Source: an uncultured Acidimicrobiaceae bacterium (lineage in GTDB: Bacteria; Actinomycetota; Acidimicrobiia; Acidimicrobiales; CAIXPF01). Taken from it: a stretch of DNA of 64,000 nucleotides. Position numbers and translations under genes: made by a program. Positions 1 to 9,713 of this stretch are shown in pieces. Under the pieces are notes generated by a model, which was given only the letters and a program-made list of their open reading frames with translations, ran no database searches and was not told the DNA's origin. How positions within the stretch are numbered: the stretch's first letter is position 1; every line of letters begins with the position of its first letter. The stretch is taken from the NCBI GenBank assembly GCA_963775055.1, contig CAVZHK010000013.1, positions 424,249 to 488,248 on the forward strand, read 5' to 3'.

Positions 1-498
1 TCAGGCCGGTCCGGCCGGGCGGCGGTGGGATGCCACCCGTTCGACCAGCCGCTCGGCGTGGTCCTCCAGCGCCCAGGCCGCGGCCAGATCGCCCAAGCCC
101 TCACCGGAGAACACGAACTCGGTCACCGCCAGATCCATCCGCCGAACCGCCCTGACCAAGTGGGGTGGGTTGTCCAGCTCCAGCAACTGCTGTCGGGCGT
201 GACGCAGGTGCACCGTGGTGATCTGCAGGGCAGTGAACGTGGCCAACTCGCACTCGTCCGCCAGATCGACGCCCAGCTCCCCGGTCAGCTCACCCATGAA
301 GGGGTCTGTGAGCTCCAGCAGCGGTCCCTCCGGGCGTACCTGGATCCGCTGCTGGCACACTCGCCAACCGCCCAGCAGCACCGCCGCCACCGTCAGGGCC
401 AGCGCCGCGACCGTGTCCAAGCGGGCCGTTGCGATGACCGCCACTCCGCAGGGAATGGCCACGCCGGCCAGGATCGTGGCCGTCCCCGGTCCTGCCAT
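1..498 (-). CDS. hypothetical membrane-anchored protein (start uncertain: ATG at 498 or 657)
   Basis: The minus-frame ORF 1..657 has protein-like composition: two hydrophobic helices (ILAGVAIPCGVAVIATA, ALALTVAAVLLGGW) then an acidic helical tail. The overlapping plus-frame ORFs are Q/R/H-rich antisense artefacts. No family recognised. The stop codon occupies positions 1-3. Confidence 0.4.
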   Translation of the reverse strand: MAGPGTATILAGVAIPCGVAVIATARLDTVAALALTVAAVLLGGWRVCQQRIQVRPEGPLLELTDPFMGELTGELGVDLADECELATFTALQITTVHLRHARQQLLELDNPPHLVRAVRRMDLAVTEFVFSGEGLGDLAAAWALEDHAERLVERVASHRRPAGPA

Positions 499-635
499 CC
501 GCCGCCGTCTCACGGCTTGAGAGATCGGCCGATCCAGCAGGGGTCTTGAGGCGTGACGGCCAATCGCCGGCCAAAATGGGGACGGCGAGGTCCAACCGAA
601 TGGCCCCACCATGACCACAACGGGGAGGACACGAG

Positions 636-1436
636 GTGTTCGTGTGGGATCCGGCACTGTATCGGCACTTCGAGGACCATCGCACCAGGCCGTTTCTCGA
701 TCTGCTGGCCCGCGTCCCCGCGCAGGACGCCAAGCTGGTGGCCGACCTGGGCTGCGGTCCCGGCCACCTGGCCCCGCTGGTGGGCCGGCGCTTCCCGACG
801 GCTCGGATCATCGGTGTCGATGCGTCGGCGGAGATGATCGACGCCGCCCGCCGCCTGCAGGCCACACGCCCAGACCCTGCCGTGGGAGATCGCCTGCGCT
901 TCGAGGTGGCCGATGCCCGCACGTGGCGCCCTGAGGCCACTCTGGACGTGCTGGTCAGCAACGCCACCTTGCACTGGATCGACGGTCACGTGGGGCTGTT
1001 GGGCCACTGGCTGGGTCTCGTGCGGCCCGGGGGGGTATTGGCCTTCGGGGTGCCGGCCAACTTTGCGGCCCCCAGTCACCGCAGCATCGTCGAGTTGGCC
1101 AGGAGCTCACGGTGGCAGGACCGCATCGACCCGGCGGCGTTGGACGGGCCCGCGGTCGAGACCCCCGAACGGTACCTGGAGGTGCTGCTGGGGCTCGGGG
1201 CCGCTGCCGAGGTGTGGGAGAGCACCTATTACCAGCTCCTGAGCGGACCGGACCCGGTGCTGCACTGGATCCGGGGCACGGCCTTGCGTCCGGTCCTGGC
1301 CGCCCTTGACCCTGACGAGGTGCCGGCGTTCGAGGCCGAACTGGCCCAACGGTTGCGAGTCGCCTATCCACCAGGCCCCCACGGCACCGTGTTTCCGTTC
1401 CGACGTCTGTTCGCCGTCGCCGTGCGCGGCGATTGA
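636..1436 (+). CDS. tam: trans-aconitate 2-methyltransferase-like class I SAM methyltransferase
   Basis: 266 aa. N-terminal WDPALYxxF, SAM motif DLGCGPG and IGVDASAEMI, a layout typical of the Tam family. GTG start at 636 preceded by GGGGAGGA at 622-629. Confidence 0.8.
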   Translation: MFVWDPALYRHFEDHRTRPFLDLLARVPAQDAKLVADLGCGPGHLAPLVGRRFPTARIIGVDASAEMIDAARRLQATRPDPAVGDRLRFEVADARTWRPEATLDVLVSNATLHWIDGHVGLLGHWLGLVRPGGVLAFGVPANFAAPSHRSIVELARSSRWQDRIDPAALDGPAVETPERYLEVLLGLGAAAEVWESTYYQLLSGPDPVLHWIRGTALRPVLAALDPDEVPAFEAELAQRLRVAYPPGPHGTVFPFRRLFAVAVRGD

Positions 1437-1477
1437 GGCCCCCCCGGTCGGACCGAGTCGGCCCTAGCGTTTCGGGG

Positions 1478-2479
1478 ATGATCGAACTGCGGGACGTGCA
1501 GCAGGCGGCGGCTCGTTTGGCGGGCATGGCCCAGCGGACGCCGGTGTTGCGCAGCGAGGTCATCGACCAACGCTGCGGAGCCCAGGTCTTCGTCAAGGCG
1601 GAGTGCCTACAGCGCACCGGCTCCTTCAAGTTCCGCGGCGCCTACAACGCGCTGTCCGAACTGCTTCAAGCCGATCCCGGGGCGGCACGAGGGGTGGTCA
1701 CCGGCTCCTCCGGCAATCACGCGGCGGCGTTGGCCCTGGCCGGCCGGTTGCTGCGGGTACCCGTCACCGTCGTCATGCCGCAGGACGCCCCGGCCAACAA
1801 ACGGGCCGCCACAATGGGATTGGGTGCCACCGTGGTCGACTACGACCGGTACAGCGAGGATCGGGACCTGCGCTGTCAGGAGTTGGCAGCCCGGGACGGC
1901 CTGGCCATCATCCCCGCCTACGACCATCCGGGTGTGATGGCCGGTCAGGGTACCTTGGCCCTGGAGCTGTTCGAGGAGGTCCCCGATCTGGACGTGCTGG
2001 TGGTCTGTGTCGGCGGTGGCGGCCTGATCGCAGGGTGCGCCACGGTGGCCAAAGCCCAACCTCGTCCCGCCGGGGGAGCCGTGCAGGTCGTGGGCGTCGA
2101 GCCCGCCGCCGGCGACGACCACGTTCGTAGCCTGGCCGCCGGACATCGGGTCACCCTGGCCGAGGTGCCCCGCTCCATCGCCGACGGGCAACTGGTGGCC
2201 GCCCCTGGCAAGCTCACCTTCGAGGTCAACCGCCAGCGGGTCGACCACTTCGTGACCGTCACCGACGATCAGATCCTCGACGCCATGGTGGACTGTTTCG
2301 AGCAGCTCAAGGTAGTGGCCGAACCCAGCGGTGCCTCAGCCCTGGCCGCCGTGCTCAGCGGCGCCGTTCATCGGCCAGGCGCCCGCATCGGCGTCACCCT
2401 CTCCGGCGGCAACATCGACCTGGCCCGCTTTCGGGCCCTGCTCGACGGACGATGGGAGCCAGGGGTCCTCGAGCGTTGA
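1478..2479 (+). CDS. PLP-dependent threonine/serine ammonia-lyase (fold-type II, serine-racemase-like)
   Basis: PLP-lysine motif SFKFRGA, GSSGNHAAA, and the Gly-rich loop VGGGGLIAG. ATG at 1478 (MIELRDV...) is preferred over the TTG at 1433. Confidence 0.85.
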   Translation: MIELRDVQQAAARLAGMAQRTPVLRSEVIDQRCGAQVFVKAECLQRTGSFKFRGAYNALSELLQADPGAARGVVTGSSGNHAAALALAGRLLRVPVTVVMPQDAPANKRAATMGLGATVVDYDRYSEDRDLRCQELAARDGLAIIPAYDHPGVMAGQGTLALELFEEVPDLDVLVVCVGGGGLIAGCATVAKAQPRPAGGAVQVVGVEPAAGDDHVRSLAAGHRVTLAEVPRSIADGQLVAAPGKLTFEVNRQRVDHFVTVTDDQILDAMVDCFEQLKVVAEPSGASALAAVLSGAVHRPGARIGVTLSGGNIDLARFRALLDGRWEPGVLER

Positions 2480-2498
2480 CAGGCAGTAACCGACGCGC

Positions 2499-2912
2499 TC
2501 AGGCGGTGTTGAGGCTCAGCTGCACGCCGACCAGCACCGCCAGCAGGGCGCCGAAAAGGCCCACGGCGCCCCAGATGGCCAGGCCGGCCTTGGTGGTGGA
2601 ACGGCTGTGGAGGAACGCACCCAGGCCCGAGGCGGCCACGAGGAACAGCTTGAGGAACAAGCTCACGTTGTATTCGGTGGGCAGGTTGCCCATGTCCAGC
2701 GAGCCGATGTTCCACAGCCCGGTGACGATGGCCAGTCCGAACGCCGGCCAGGCCACCTTGTTGAACTGCTGGGCGAACTGACGGGGCATGTCGGCCCCCG
2801 CAGCGCGTGCCGCTGGCAGCAGACCCAGCAACGTGATCTGCCCGCCCACCCAGACGGTCACCCCCAGGAGGTGGAGGGTCAGACGGATCGAGCGCAGTGA
2901 GAGATCAAGCAT
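2499..2912 (-). CDS. small integral membrane protein (4 predicted TM helices, CopD-like topology)
   Basis: 137-aa ORF with four hydrophobic segments. Convergent with the dehydratase gene. No catalytic motif recognised. Confidence 0.55.
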   Translation of the reverse strand: MLDLSLRSIRLTLHLLGVTVWVGGQITLLGLLPAARAAGADMPRQFAQQFNKVAWPAFGLAIVTGLWNIGSLDMGNLPTEYNVSLFLKLFLVAASGLGAFLHSRSTTKAGLAIWGAVGLFGALLAVLVGVQLSLNTA

Positions 2913-2970
2913 GAGAGCGCAGTTCTACCGGATGACAGCCATCCGGCGGCGCCAACCCCCAGAGGCTCCG

Positions 2971-3579
2971 TCAGCCGCGCTTGCGGGTGATGGCGTGGCC
3001 GACGAGGGACAGCAACGTCTCCTTGGTGGAATTTCGCTCGCGGGCGTCGACTGGTCCGATCGGGATGGCCTCATCGATGGCCAGTGCTTCGCGCACCGAC
3101 GTCACGGCGTGGGCCAATTCACCATCAAACATGTTGAGGGCCACGACGTAGGGCAGCTTGCGCGACTCGAAGAAGTCGATGGCAGGGAAGCAGTCGTCGA
3201 TGCGACGGGTGTCCACCATGACGACCGCACCGACGGCGCCCTTGGCCAACTCGTCCCACATGAACCAGAAGCGATCCTGGCCGGGAGTGCCGAACAGGAA
3301 CAGCATGGCGTCGCCCAGGGTGATGCGCCCGAAGTCCATGGCGACGGTGGTGTGGGTCTTGGTGGTGACATCACCACGATCGTCGATGCCGAGCGCCACC
3401 GAGGTCATCGGGGCCTCGGTGCGAAGCGGCGTGATCTCCGAGATGGAATCCACGAACGTCGTCTTGCCAGACGCGAAGCCGCCCGCGATCACGATCTTCA
3501 GCGGTCGTGTCGATGCATTGGCCGTGGAGGGCGTGGCGCTCGCGCGGCCCGTGCTTCGATCAGAAGTGGCGGAGTTCAT
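2971..3579 (-). CDS. cvnD: conservon GTPase CvnD (Ras-like small GTP-binding protein)
   Basis: P-loop GGFASGKTTF, DTPGQ-like FGTPGQDRF, and last position in the sensor kinase / roadblock / DUF742 / GTPase gene order. Confidence 0.88.
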   Translation of the reverse strand: MNSATSDRSTGRASATPSTANASTRPLKIVIAGGFASGKTTFVDSISEITPLRTEAPMTSVALGIDDRGDVTTKTHTTVAMDFGRITLGDAMLFLFGTPGQDRFWFMWDELAKGAVGAVVMVDTRRIDDCFPAIDFFESRKLPYVVALNMFDGELAHAVTSVREALAIDEAIPIGPVDARERNSTKETLLSLVGHAITRKRG

Positions 3580-3880
3580 GGTAAAGCTTCTCCAGCGTCG
3601 TCAAGTCCGGACCGGAATCGTTGTCAAACCCTTTGCTTATCGTCACAAGTCCCGCCTCGAGCAGGTCACCCACCAGCACGCGGGCCACGCCGAGATGGAC
3701 CTTGAAGTGCGCGGCAATCTCAGCAACGGAGATGGTGTCCTTGCAGCGCTCCATGATGTCGATCTGCTCGGGCGTCAGCTCGTCCGGTCGCCACAACGGC
3801 GTGGACGTGACCAGCGTGTCGAGCGGGAGCGGTCCCGTATTGGCCTCGGTTCGGCCTTTCACCATGGCGAACTGGCGCAC
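3560..3880 (-). CDS. cvnC: conservon protein CvnC (DUF742 family)
   Basis: 106 aa. C-terminal HTH-like ISVAEIAAHFKVHLGVARVLVGDLLEAGLV. Overlaps cvnD by 20 nt. Third position in the conservon order. Confidence 0.8.
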   Translation of the reverse strand: MRQFAMVKGRTEANTGPLPLDTLVTSTPLWRPDELTPEQIDIMERCKDTISVAEIAAHFKVHLGVARVLVGDLLEAGLVTISKGFDNDSGPDLTTLEKLYHELRHF

Positions 3881-3918
3881 GAAGCCGCGGTGCGTGATCC
3901 TCAGTCATGGCGTCCCTG

Positions 3919-4341
3919 TCAGGACCGCGGCAGCGCGGCCTGCAGCTCCATCACCAGTGTTGGGGTGAGGGAGCTACCGGCCCGCTTGGCCAGCATGGTC
4001 ATTTCGTAACCGGTCACGCCGATATCGCAGCTCTCGTCGGCCAACACGGCCAATGAGGACCCGTCACTGATGGCCATGAACAGCATGAAGCCACCGTCGA
4101 GCTCGACCACGATCTGGTTGACGTTGCCACCACCGAAACACCGAGCAGCACCGTCGGTCAGGCTGGTGAGGCCGGAGGACACTGCGGCCAGCTGGTCCGC
4201 CCCGGCTCGTCCCAGCCCCTCGGACATGGCCATCAGCAGCCCGTCGGCGGACACCACGACGGCATCGACCACGCCGGGCACCTTCTGCACGAAGTTGGCC
4301 AGCAGGAAGTTCAGGTTCTGCGCTGACTGGCTCATGCTCAT
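3919..4341 (-). CDS. cvnB: conservon protein CvnB (roadblock/LC7, MglB-like)
   Basis: 140 aa. LLANFVQKVPGVVDAVVVSADGLLMA is typical of the roadblock/LC7 domain. ATGA-type 4-nt overlap with cvnA. Confidence 0.85.
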   Translation of the reverse strand: MSMSQSAQNLNFLLANFVQKVPGVVDAVVVSADGLLMAMSEGLGRAGADQLAAVSSGLTSLTDGAARCFGGGNVNQIVVELDGGFMLFMAISDGSSLAVLADESCDIGVTGYEMTMLAKRAGSSLTPTLVMELQAALPRS

Positions 4342-6775
4342 CGTTCGTTCTCCTGGTCGTCTGAGATGTCGCGCCGGTCGGTGTGGCCTTCGGTATTGCT
4401 AACGGTGTCGCTTTCGTCTCCGACGCGCCCGCGATCGACGCCAGCCCGCAGCGCCGAGAGCATGTCCTGACGCACCTCGGCGACGTTCGACTTCTTGGCG
4501 CCGCTGCCGAGACGGCGGAACGTGCCCTTGTCGGCCTCTTCCGCTTTGCGGTCACCCACGTACGCCGTACCAGGTGTGCGCCGCAACAAGCCATCCGCGG
4601 TGCGAGCCACGACCGGTGCTTCTCGGGTGACGGTCACACTCGGCTCATCGTCCGTCGTGGCGTTGTTGTTGGGCGCCGTGTCCGCGGCCGTCGTGCCGGG
4701 AGTGTCGGCGGTGCTGGGAGCGTCCGGCGGCGGTGGAGTGACCTTGGGCTGAAGGTCGGTGCGCTCGGCTGTGTCGATGCCGTCATCCAGCACCACTGGT
4801 TCGGTCGCGCCTTTGTCGTCATCGGTGTGGGCCGCCCCGGTCTCGCGCAGCGCCTGGACCTTGGCCTTGGCTTTTTGTTTGGCAGACACCGATTTGGTGG
4901 CGGAGGACTCGACATGCAAGGTCTGGCCGTCGATCTCCACGCATGCGGCGATACCGCCACTTGGGTTCTCCTGCAGGTAAACCCGCAAGCCCAGCCGGGC
5001 CGCGAGGCGACCAACGACCTGGAAGCCGATTCGGTCTGCGGTGACGCCGGCGATCTCGGTCGGCGAACCGAGCCGTTCGTTGGTCTTGGTCAACTCCGCC
5101 GGGGTCAGCCCGATGCCGCTGTCGATGATCCAGATGCGGCGGCCGGTGCCGTGAGAATCGATGCGAACGATCACATCAGTTGAGGGAGCCGAGAACGACA
5201 GCGCATTCTCCAGAAGCTCGGCGATGAGGTGGGAGAGGTCCACTGCAGCCTTCCCGAGGACGCGGTCCCCGGAGGCGGAGCCGCCCTTCACCTGCACCCG
5301 CTCCAGACCGTTCACCTCAGACATGGCACCCCGCACCAGGTCCACCAGCGGAACCGGGTCGTTCCACGGCCGGGCGGTGTGCTCGCCCGCCAGTACCAGC
5401 AGGTTCTCAGCGTTGCGCCGGTTGCGGGTGACCAAGCTGTCGAGTCGGTAGAGGCCCTTCAATACGGTGGGATCTTCCTGGTTCGACTCCAGCTCATCGA
5501 TCAGTTTGAGCTGGGTGTCAATGAGCGCCTGGCTGCGTCGACCCAGATTCACGAGCATGTCGGTCAGCGCGCGGGCCCGCTGCTGGGAGTGCTCGATGGC
5601 CGTTTCCACCGAGGTGCGCAACACCGTGTTGAACGAATCGGCCATGACGCCGATCTCGTCACGAGCGGTCGAGGTGATGGTCGGCATGGCGCCGGCAAGG
5701 GCCTCCGGTGTGGGATTGCGCAATGACTCCAACACCTCGGGCAGTCGGTCGTTGGCGATGTGGTGGGCCTCTTCGGACAGCGAACGCAGACGGCGGGCGA
5801 TGGACCGGGCCAACGCCAGCGCCGCCACGACTGCCGCGAGAACCGCCGCCATGCCGATCACGAGGAACACTTGAGCGCTGTTGCGGGCCGCTGAGGCTTG
5901 CTTGGCGGACTTGGCTATCAACACATCGAAGGAGCCGTCGTCAGCGACGTCCAGTGCCTCCAGCTTGGAGAACATCGTCGGCCACCACACTTCGGCGGTC
6001 ACGGTGGGCAGCGAGCCAGATTCACTGGAGCGAAGGATCGAGGCGACCAAGTCTTCACCGGCACGTACCTCGATGGTGTCGAGACCCTTCATCCACAGAC
6101 TGGAGATATCCTCACTCGATAGCTGCGACTCGAAGGCGCGCAGCTCGGCATCACGCTGACGGGTGAAGGTCGCGAAGTCAGGGCCGGTGAACGTGCCGGC
6201 CTCGAGGCGCACCCCGACGAAGGCGATCTGGCGCCAAACCTCGTCCTTGGCCATGAGGCCCGCCACCGTCGCCTGCGCGTCGATGAGCAGCTGCGTGTCG
6301 CTCAGCGAGCCGATGATGTCAGCTTCCAGGGCCAGCAACTCATCGACGATGATGCTGTAGCGATCCACGACCGTGGCCGTCTCCTCGCCGAACGTGTCGA
6401 CATCGAGGCGCAGTTGATCAAGCGATTCCACGGCGGTGCCGGCCCGCTGCCAGATCGACGAGGCCGCCAACGCGTCGAGGCGCTCGGTCGAGCTGCTCCA
6501 ATGGACCGATCGGACGCCTCGCGGAACTCGTCGAGCTGCGCCCGTCCATTGGCTGTGTTCGCCAGGAAGCGGGCGCTGATGGCACGCTCGGCGCCCATCT
6601 GGTCGATGATCTCCATCGTGGCCCGTGCCATCTCAAAGGATTCGGACTCGCTCGTGGCCACGGCCGCTCTGTCGAAGCGCTGCTCGACCGCGAGCCCGAC
6701 GAACACCATCAACGTGGCCAGCGGCGGCAGCAGGATCAAACCGAGCTTGCCACGAATCGGGATGTTGGAAATCAT
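4338..6775 (-). pseudogene. cvnA: conservon sensor histidine-kinase-like protein CvnA, split by one frameshift near 6490
   Basis: The N-terminal TM plus nitrate/nitrite-sensing-like part (MISNIPIRGKLGLILLPPL...ANGRAQLDEFREASDRSIG) lies in the frame of ORF 6302..6994. The HAMP, kinase and HATPase part (ELLENALSFS, IIDSGIGL) and a long Pro/Thr/Asp-rich tail lie in ORF 4338..6470. ATG 6775 has GAAGGAG 8 nt upstream. Confidence 0.8.
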
Positions 6776-6837
6776 CGCAAACGGCTCCTTCGTCGATCCT
6801 TCAGATCTCGTGCCCGTCGATCCCCCGACTGTTGAGC

Positions 6838-8460
6838 TCATGACTGGCCCCACAGCACGGTCGTGCGGGCCCACGCGGCGTCCGCGGCGGAGCGGCCCAT
6901 CTGGCGGCCCCGGAGGTCGGCGTCCTGGGTGTGGGTGCCGGCATAGATGCGTGAGCGACCCGCTTCGTCGGCCGCGGCGCTGAACGTGGACCACGCCAGC
7001 TTCACGATCTGGTCGGGCAGCCGTTCAAACGTGCCCGACCCTGGTGTGTAGATCGTCTGGCCCAGCAAGTCCGCCTTGTCGTCACCATCTCGATCCCACG
7101 GCAGGGTGGTGGTGCCGTCGAAGAACACATCGCTTCCGGTGTAGTACTGCAACACCGCGGCGCCGGCGGCACCGAACACCGACTGATCGGCCACGTAGTC
7201 CGGCATGGCCGGGGTTCCCACGTTGATCGGGAGGTAGGGCAGCCAAGCGGTGCCGTCGACTCGCCGGGTTCCGGCGTTCGGCCCGCCCCAGGCGAGCACC
7301 TCGTCGGTCTCGTACAGGCGCTGGATCACCGTCACCGGGCGCGGTGAGTTGTAGAAGCGCTTGGCGTCCCAGCCGGCGATTGACGCGTCGAACAGAGCGG
7401 CGTTGAGCGCGAAGTACATCTTCACGTCATCATCGAGCGAATGAGCGTCACGCACCGAGACACCGTGCGCCAACGTGTTCCAATGGCCGGGAGCGGTTTC
7501 CGAACGCGGCCCGTCGGTCCAGTACTCCGCCATCAGCTTCTGCTCGTCGGTGAGCGTCGCGTTCAGGTTCAACACCTCGGTGAACTGGTTGACGAACGCC
7601 TCGTGGCTGGTGGACGGCGCGCCGAGAGCATCCACGTAAGGCTCGTTCGAACCGAAGCGTGGGGGAGCGGTGGGGCGCAGCGCAGCGCCCGCCGCGAGCG
7701 CGAACGGCGCCACCTGGCCCCAATGGGGGGTCAAGAAGGCCTGCTGGCTGAACGAGTTCGGGTTGTCGACCTCGACCACCGCCCTGCCGTCGAGGTCGAG
7801 CACCTGGCCGGTGGGCACCTTCAGTGGTGTCCACGCGGTCAGACCGGGATCACTGCCCTCCTGCCAAGCGCCATAGAGGTTGTCCACCGGTTCGGAATAG
7901 GCGCCGGCCTCATTGGCGCCGTCGTTCTGGCGGGCCTTGGTCACTGCGTCAGCTGCAGCTCGCCCGATCCCTTGGGGAGTCCCCGCCGCGGGGGTCTTCT
8001 GGGGCTCACCCACCGACTCGCCGAGCAGGGCTGCGGGTGCGCCGGTGTCACGGCTGAACGTCGGAAACTGGTCCTCGAACGCCCAGTAGGCAGCCACGCT
8101 GACGGCTGCGGCCTGGTCGGCGTCGCTGCCGGTGGTGTCGAGCTGGGTGCCGGTCACCGAGCCCTGTGCGGTGGGCTCGTAGGCGGCCCATGCCTCATAC
8201 ATGGCGGCATGTACGATGAACAGCGAACGGGCCGTCACGGTCGGAACCGGGTTGGTGTCGTGGCGCACGGCGGCGAGCGCCACCTGATTCCAACGCAGCG
8301 CCACCGTCGGCTCGAACGCCGCAGCATCACGGTCCGGCGTGTCCACTGACGGCGCGTCAGCCGAATCGTTGGCCTTTGTACCCGAGCCGCTGCATCCTGC
8401 GCCGATGAACGACACGGCCATCAACGCGCAGCCAGCCAGGCGGCCTCGCCGGTTCGTCAT
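6838..8460 (-). CDS. secreted lipoprotein, PAP2 / vanadium-dependent haloperoxidase-like family
   Basis: Lipobox LMAVSFIGAGC. PAP2 motif 1 K-x6-RP (KRFYNSPRP) and motif 3 SRIYAGTHTQDAD are present. Motif 2 (xSGH) reads VADQ instead. The start could also be 8517. Confidence 0.7.
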   Translation of the reverse strand: MTNRRGRLAGCALMAVSFIGAGCSGSGTKANDSADAPSVDTPDRDAAAFEPTVALRWNQVALAAVRHDTNPVPTVTARSLFIVHAAMYEAWAAYEPTAQGSVTGTQLDTTGSDADQAAAVSVAAYWAFEDQFPTFSRDTGAPAALLGESVGEPQKTPAAGTPQGIGRAAADAVTKARQNDGANEAGAYSEPVDNLYGAWQEGSDPGLTAWTPLKVPTGQVLDLDGRAVVEVDNPNSFSQQAFLTPHWGQVAPFALAAGAALRPTAPPRFGSNEPYVDALGAPSTSHEAFVNQFTEVLNLNATLTDEQKLMAEYWTDGPRSETAPGHWNTLAHGVSVRDAHSLDDDVKMYFALNAALFDASIAGWDAKRFYNSPRPVTVIQRLYETDEVLAWGGPNAGTRRVDGTAWLPYLPINVGTPAMPDYVADQSVFGAAGAAVLQYYTGSDVFFDGTTTLPWDRDGDDKADLLGQTIYTPGSGTFERLPDQIVKLAWSTFSAAADEAGRSRIYAGTHTQDADLRGRQMGRSAADAAWARTTVLWGQS

Positions 8461-8642
8461 GTCGTGCTCCTCTCCAGTCCCGCGCCGCGCTTGCGCGCTG
8501 CGTTCAGGACGGTTCATCGGGTTGTTTGACGGCGTGCTTGAATGAATCCCTGTTCGGCGCGATCGCGCAGGAGCACCGTTATGCTGGCGATGGGATCTGT
8601 CTGCTCAACCCGAGCGCAGCCGCTGCCGATCTGGATGGACAG

Positions 8643-9677
8643 ATGGCTACAGTGAACAATCGATCGGCAAGAGACACCTTCGATCGTGTCGTCGGCGCTC
8701 GTAACGCGTTCCAGACCCGCCAACCGATGCTGTTCTGGGGCCTCGACGGAACCGGCCGCACCAGTGTGCTGCGCGCCATCGTCGAGGACGCTCGGCGAGG
8801 TGGTTGGGTAGCGGTGCGTGACGAGGTGGCCGCCGATGTGCCCCTTCACCAACGGCTCGGGATCGTGCTGTCCACGGCGTTGGACGCCATTCGCGCCACC
8901 CGCCCGGGGCTGCCGGCGCTGAAGCGGATCTCCGCCGAGCTGGGGCGAACACGGTCCGGCCACGTCGCCTATGCCGCGGACGCCGGCTGGATGTTGCGCC
9001 TGGTGGCTGACGGACTTGATGACATGCGGAGCGGGCTGTGCGTCGTGCTCGACAATGTGGCGCCCGGCGCTGCATGCGACGCGCTCTTGCATGAGGCGGT
9101 GATGGTGGCCAAGGAAGGCACGGCGCTGGCGTTGGTCGTGGCTGGAAGTGGCCCCGACGTATGCACGGTGGCCGGTCTCGATTGCCCGCAACTGGTCGAG
9201 TTGCACCCCGCAGATGTGGAAGAACTGCTCTGCGCCCAGGCCGGCGGGTCGATCGACCCCGGTTGGGTGAGCGCGGCGAGCGAGGCGACCAGCGCCAACG
9301 CCCAGCTCCTGGTGCACTACGCCCGATTCCTGGGGACCTCGGCGCTGGCGGCGCCCAGCGAGGCGGCTCGCGACGCTGCACGGGAACACGTTGCCGGGAT
9401 CGTGGGTGAGGACTTCGGTCGACGTTCACGCGCCGCTGGGCTCACCCAACCAGACCGCAGGTTCCTCAAGGCACTGGCGGATCTCGGTGGAAGCGCGGTC
9501 CCCGCGCTCGCGGTGGCGCAGCGCGTCGGTGACGTCACCCCCCTGCGGCGCAGCACCGCCCAGACCGAGGCTCGCGCAGCAAGCCTGGCCGGCCACGGCC
9601 TTGTGGTCACCAGTGACCGCGCCGAGTTGTGGATCAACCCGCCGTACCTCGCGACGTTCGCTTCGGTGCTCGACTAG
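8643..9677 (+). CDS. hypothetical AAA/STAND-like NTPase-fold protein with degenerate Walker A and C-terminal wHTH-like region
   Basis: GLDGTGRTSVL (GxxGxGK[ST] with K replaced by R), Walker-B-like LCVVLDNV, and a C-terminal FLKALADLGGSAVPALAVAQRVG segment. Start uncertain (ORF opens at 8526; ATG at 8643). Confidence 0.45.
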   Translation: MATVNNRSARDTFDRVVGARNAFQTRQPMLFWGLDGTGRTSVLRAIVEDARRGGWVAVRDEVAADVPLHQRLGIVLSTALDAIRATRPGLPALKRISAELGRTRSGHVAYAADAGWMLRLVADGLDDMRSGLCVVLDNVAPGAACDALLHEAVMVAKEGTALALVVAGSGPDVCTVAGLDCPQLVELHPADVEELLCAQAGGSIDPGWVSAASEATSANAQLLVHYARFLGTSALAAPSEAARDAAREHVAGIVGEDFGRRSRAAGLTQPDRRFLKALADLGGSAVPALAVAQRVGDVTPLRRSTAQTEARAASLAGHGLVVTSDRAELWINPPYLATFASVLD

Positions 9678-9713
9678 ACAGCGCCGAGACTCCCAGTCGT
9701 TAGGCTGCGCCGC

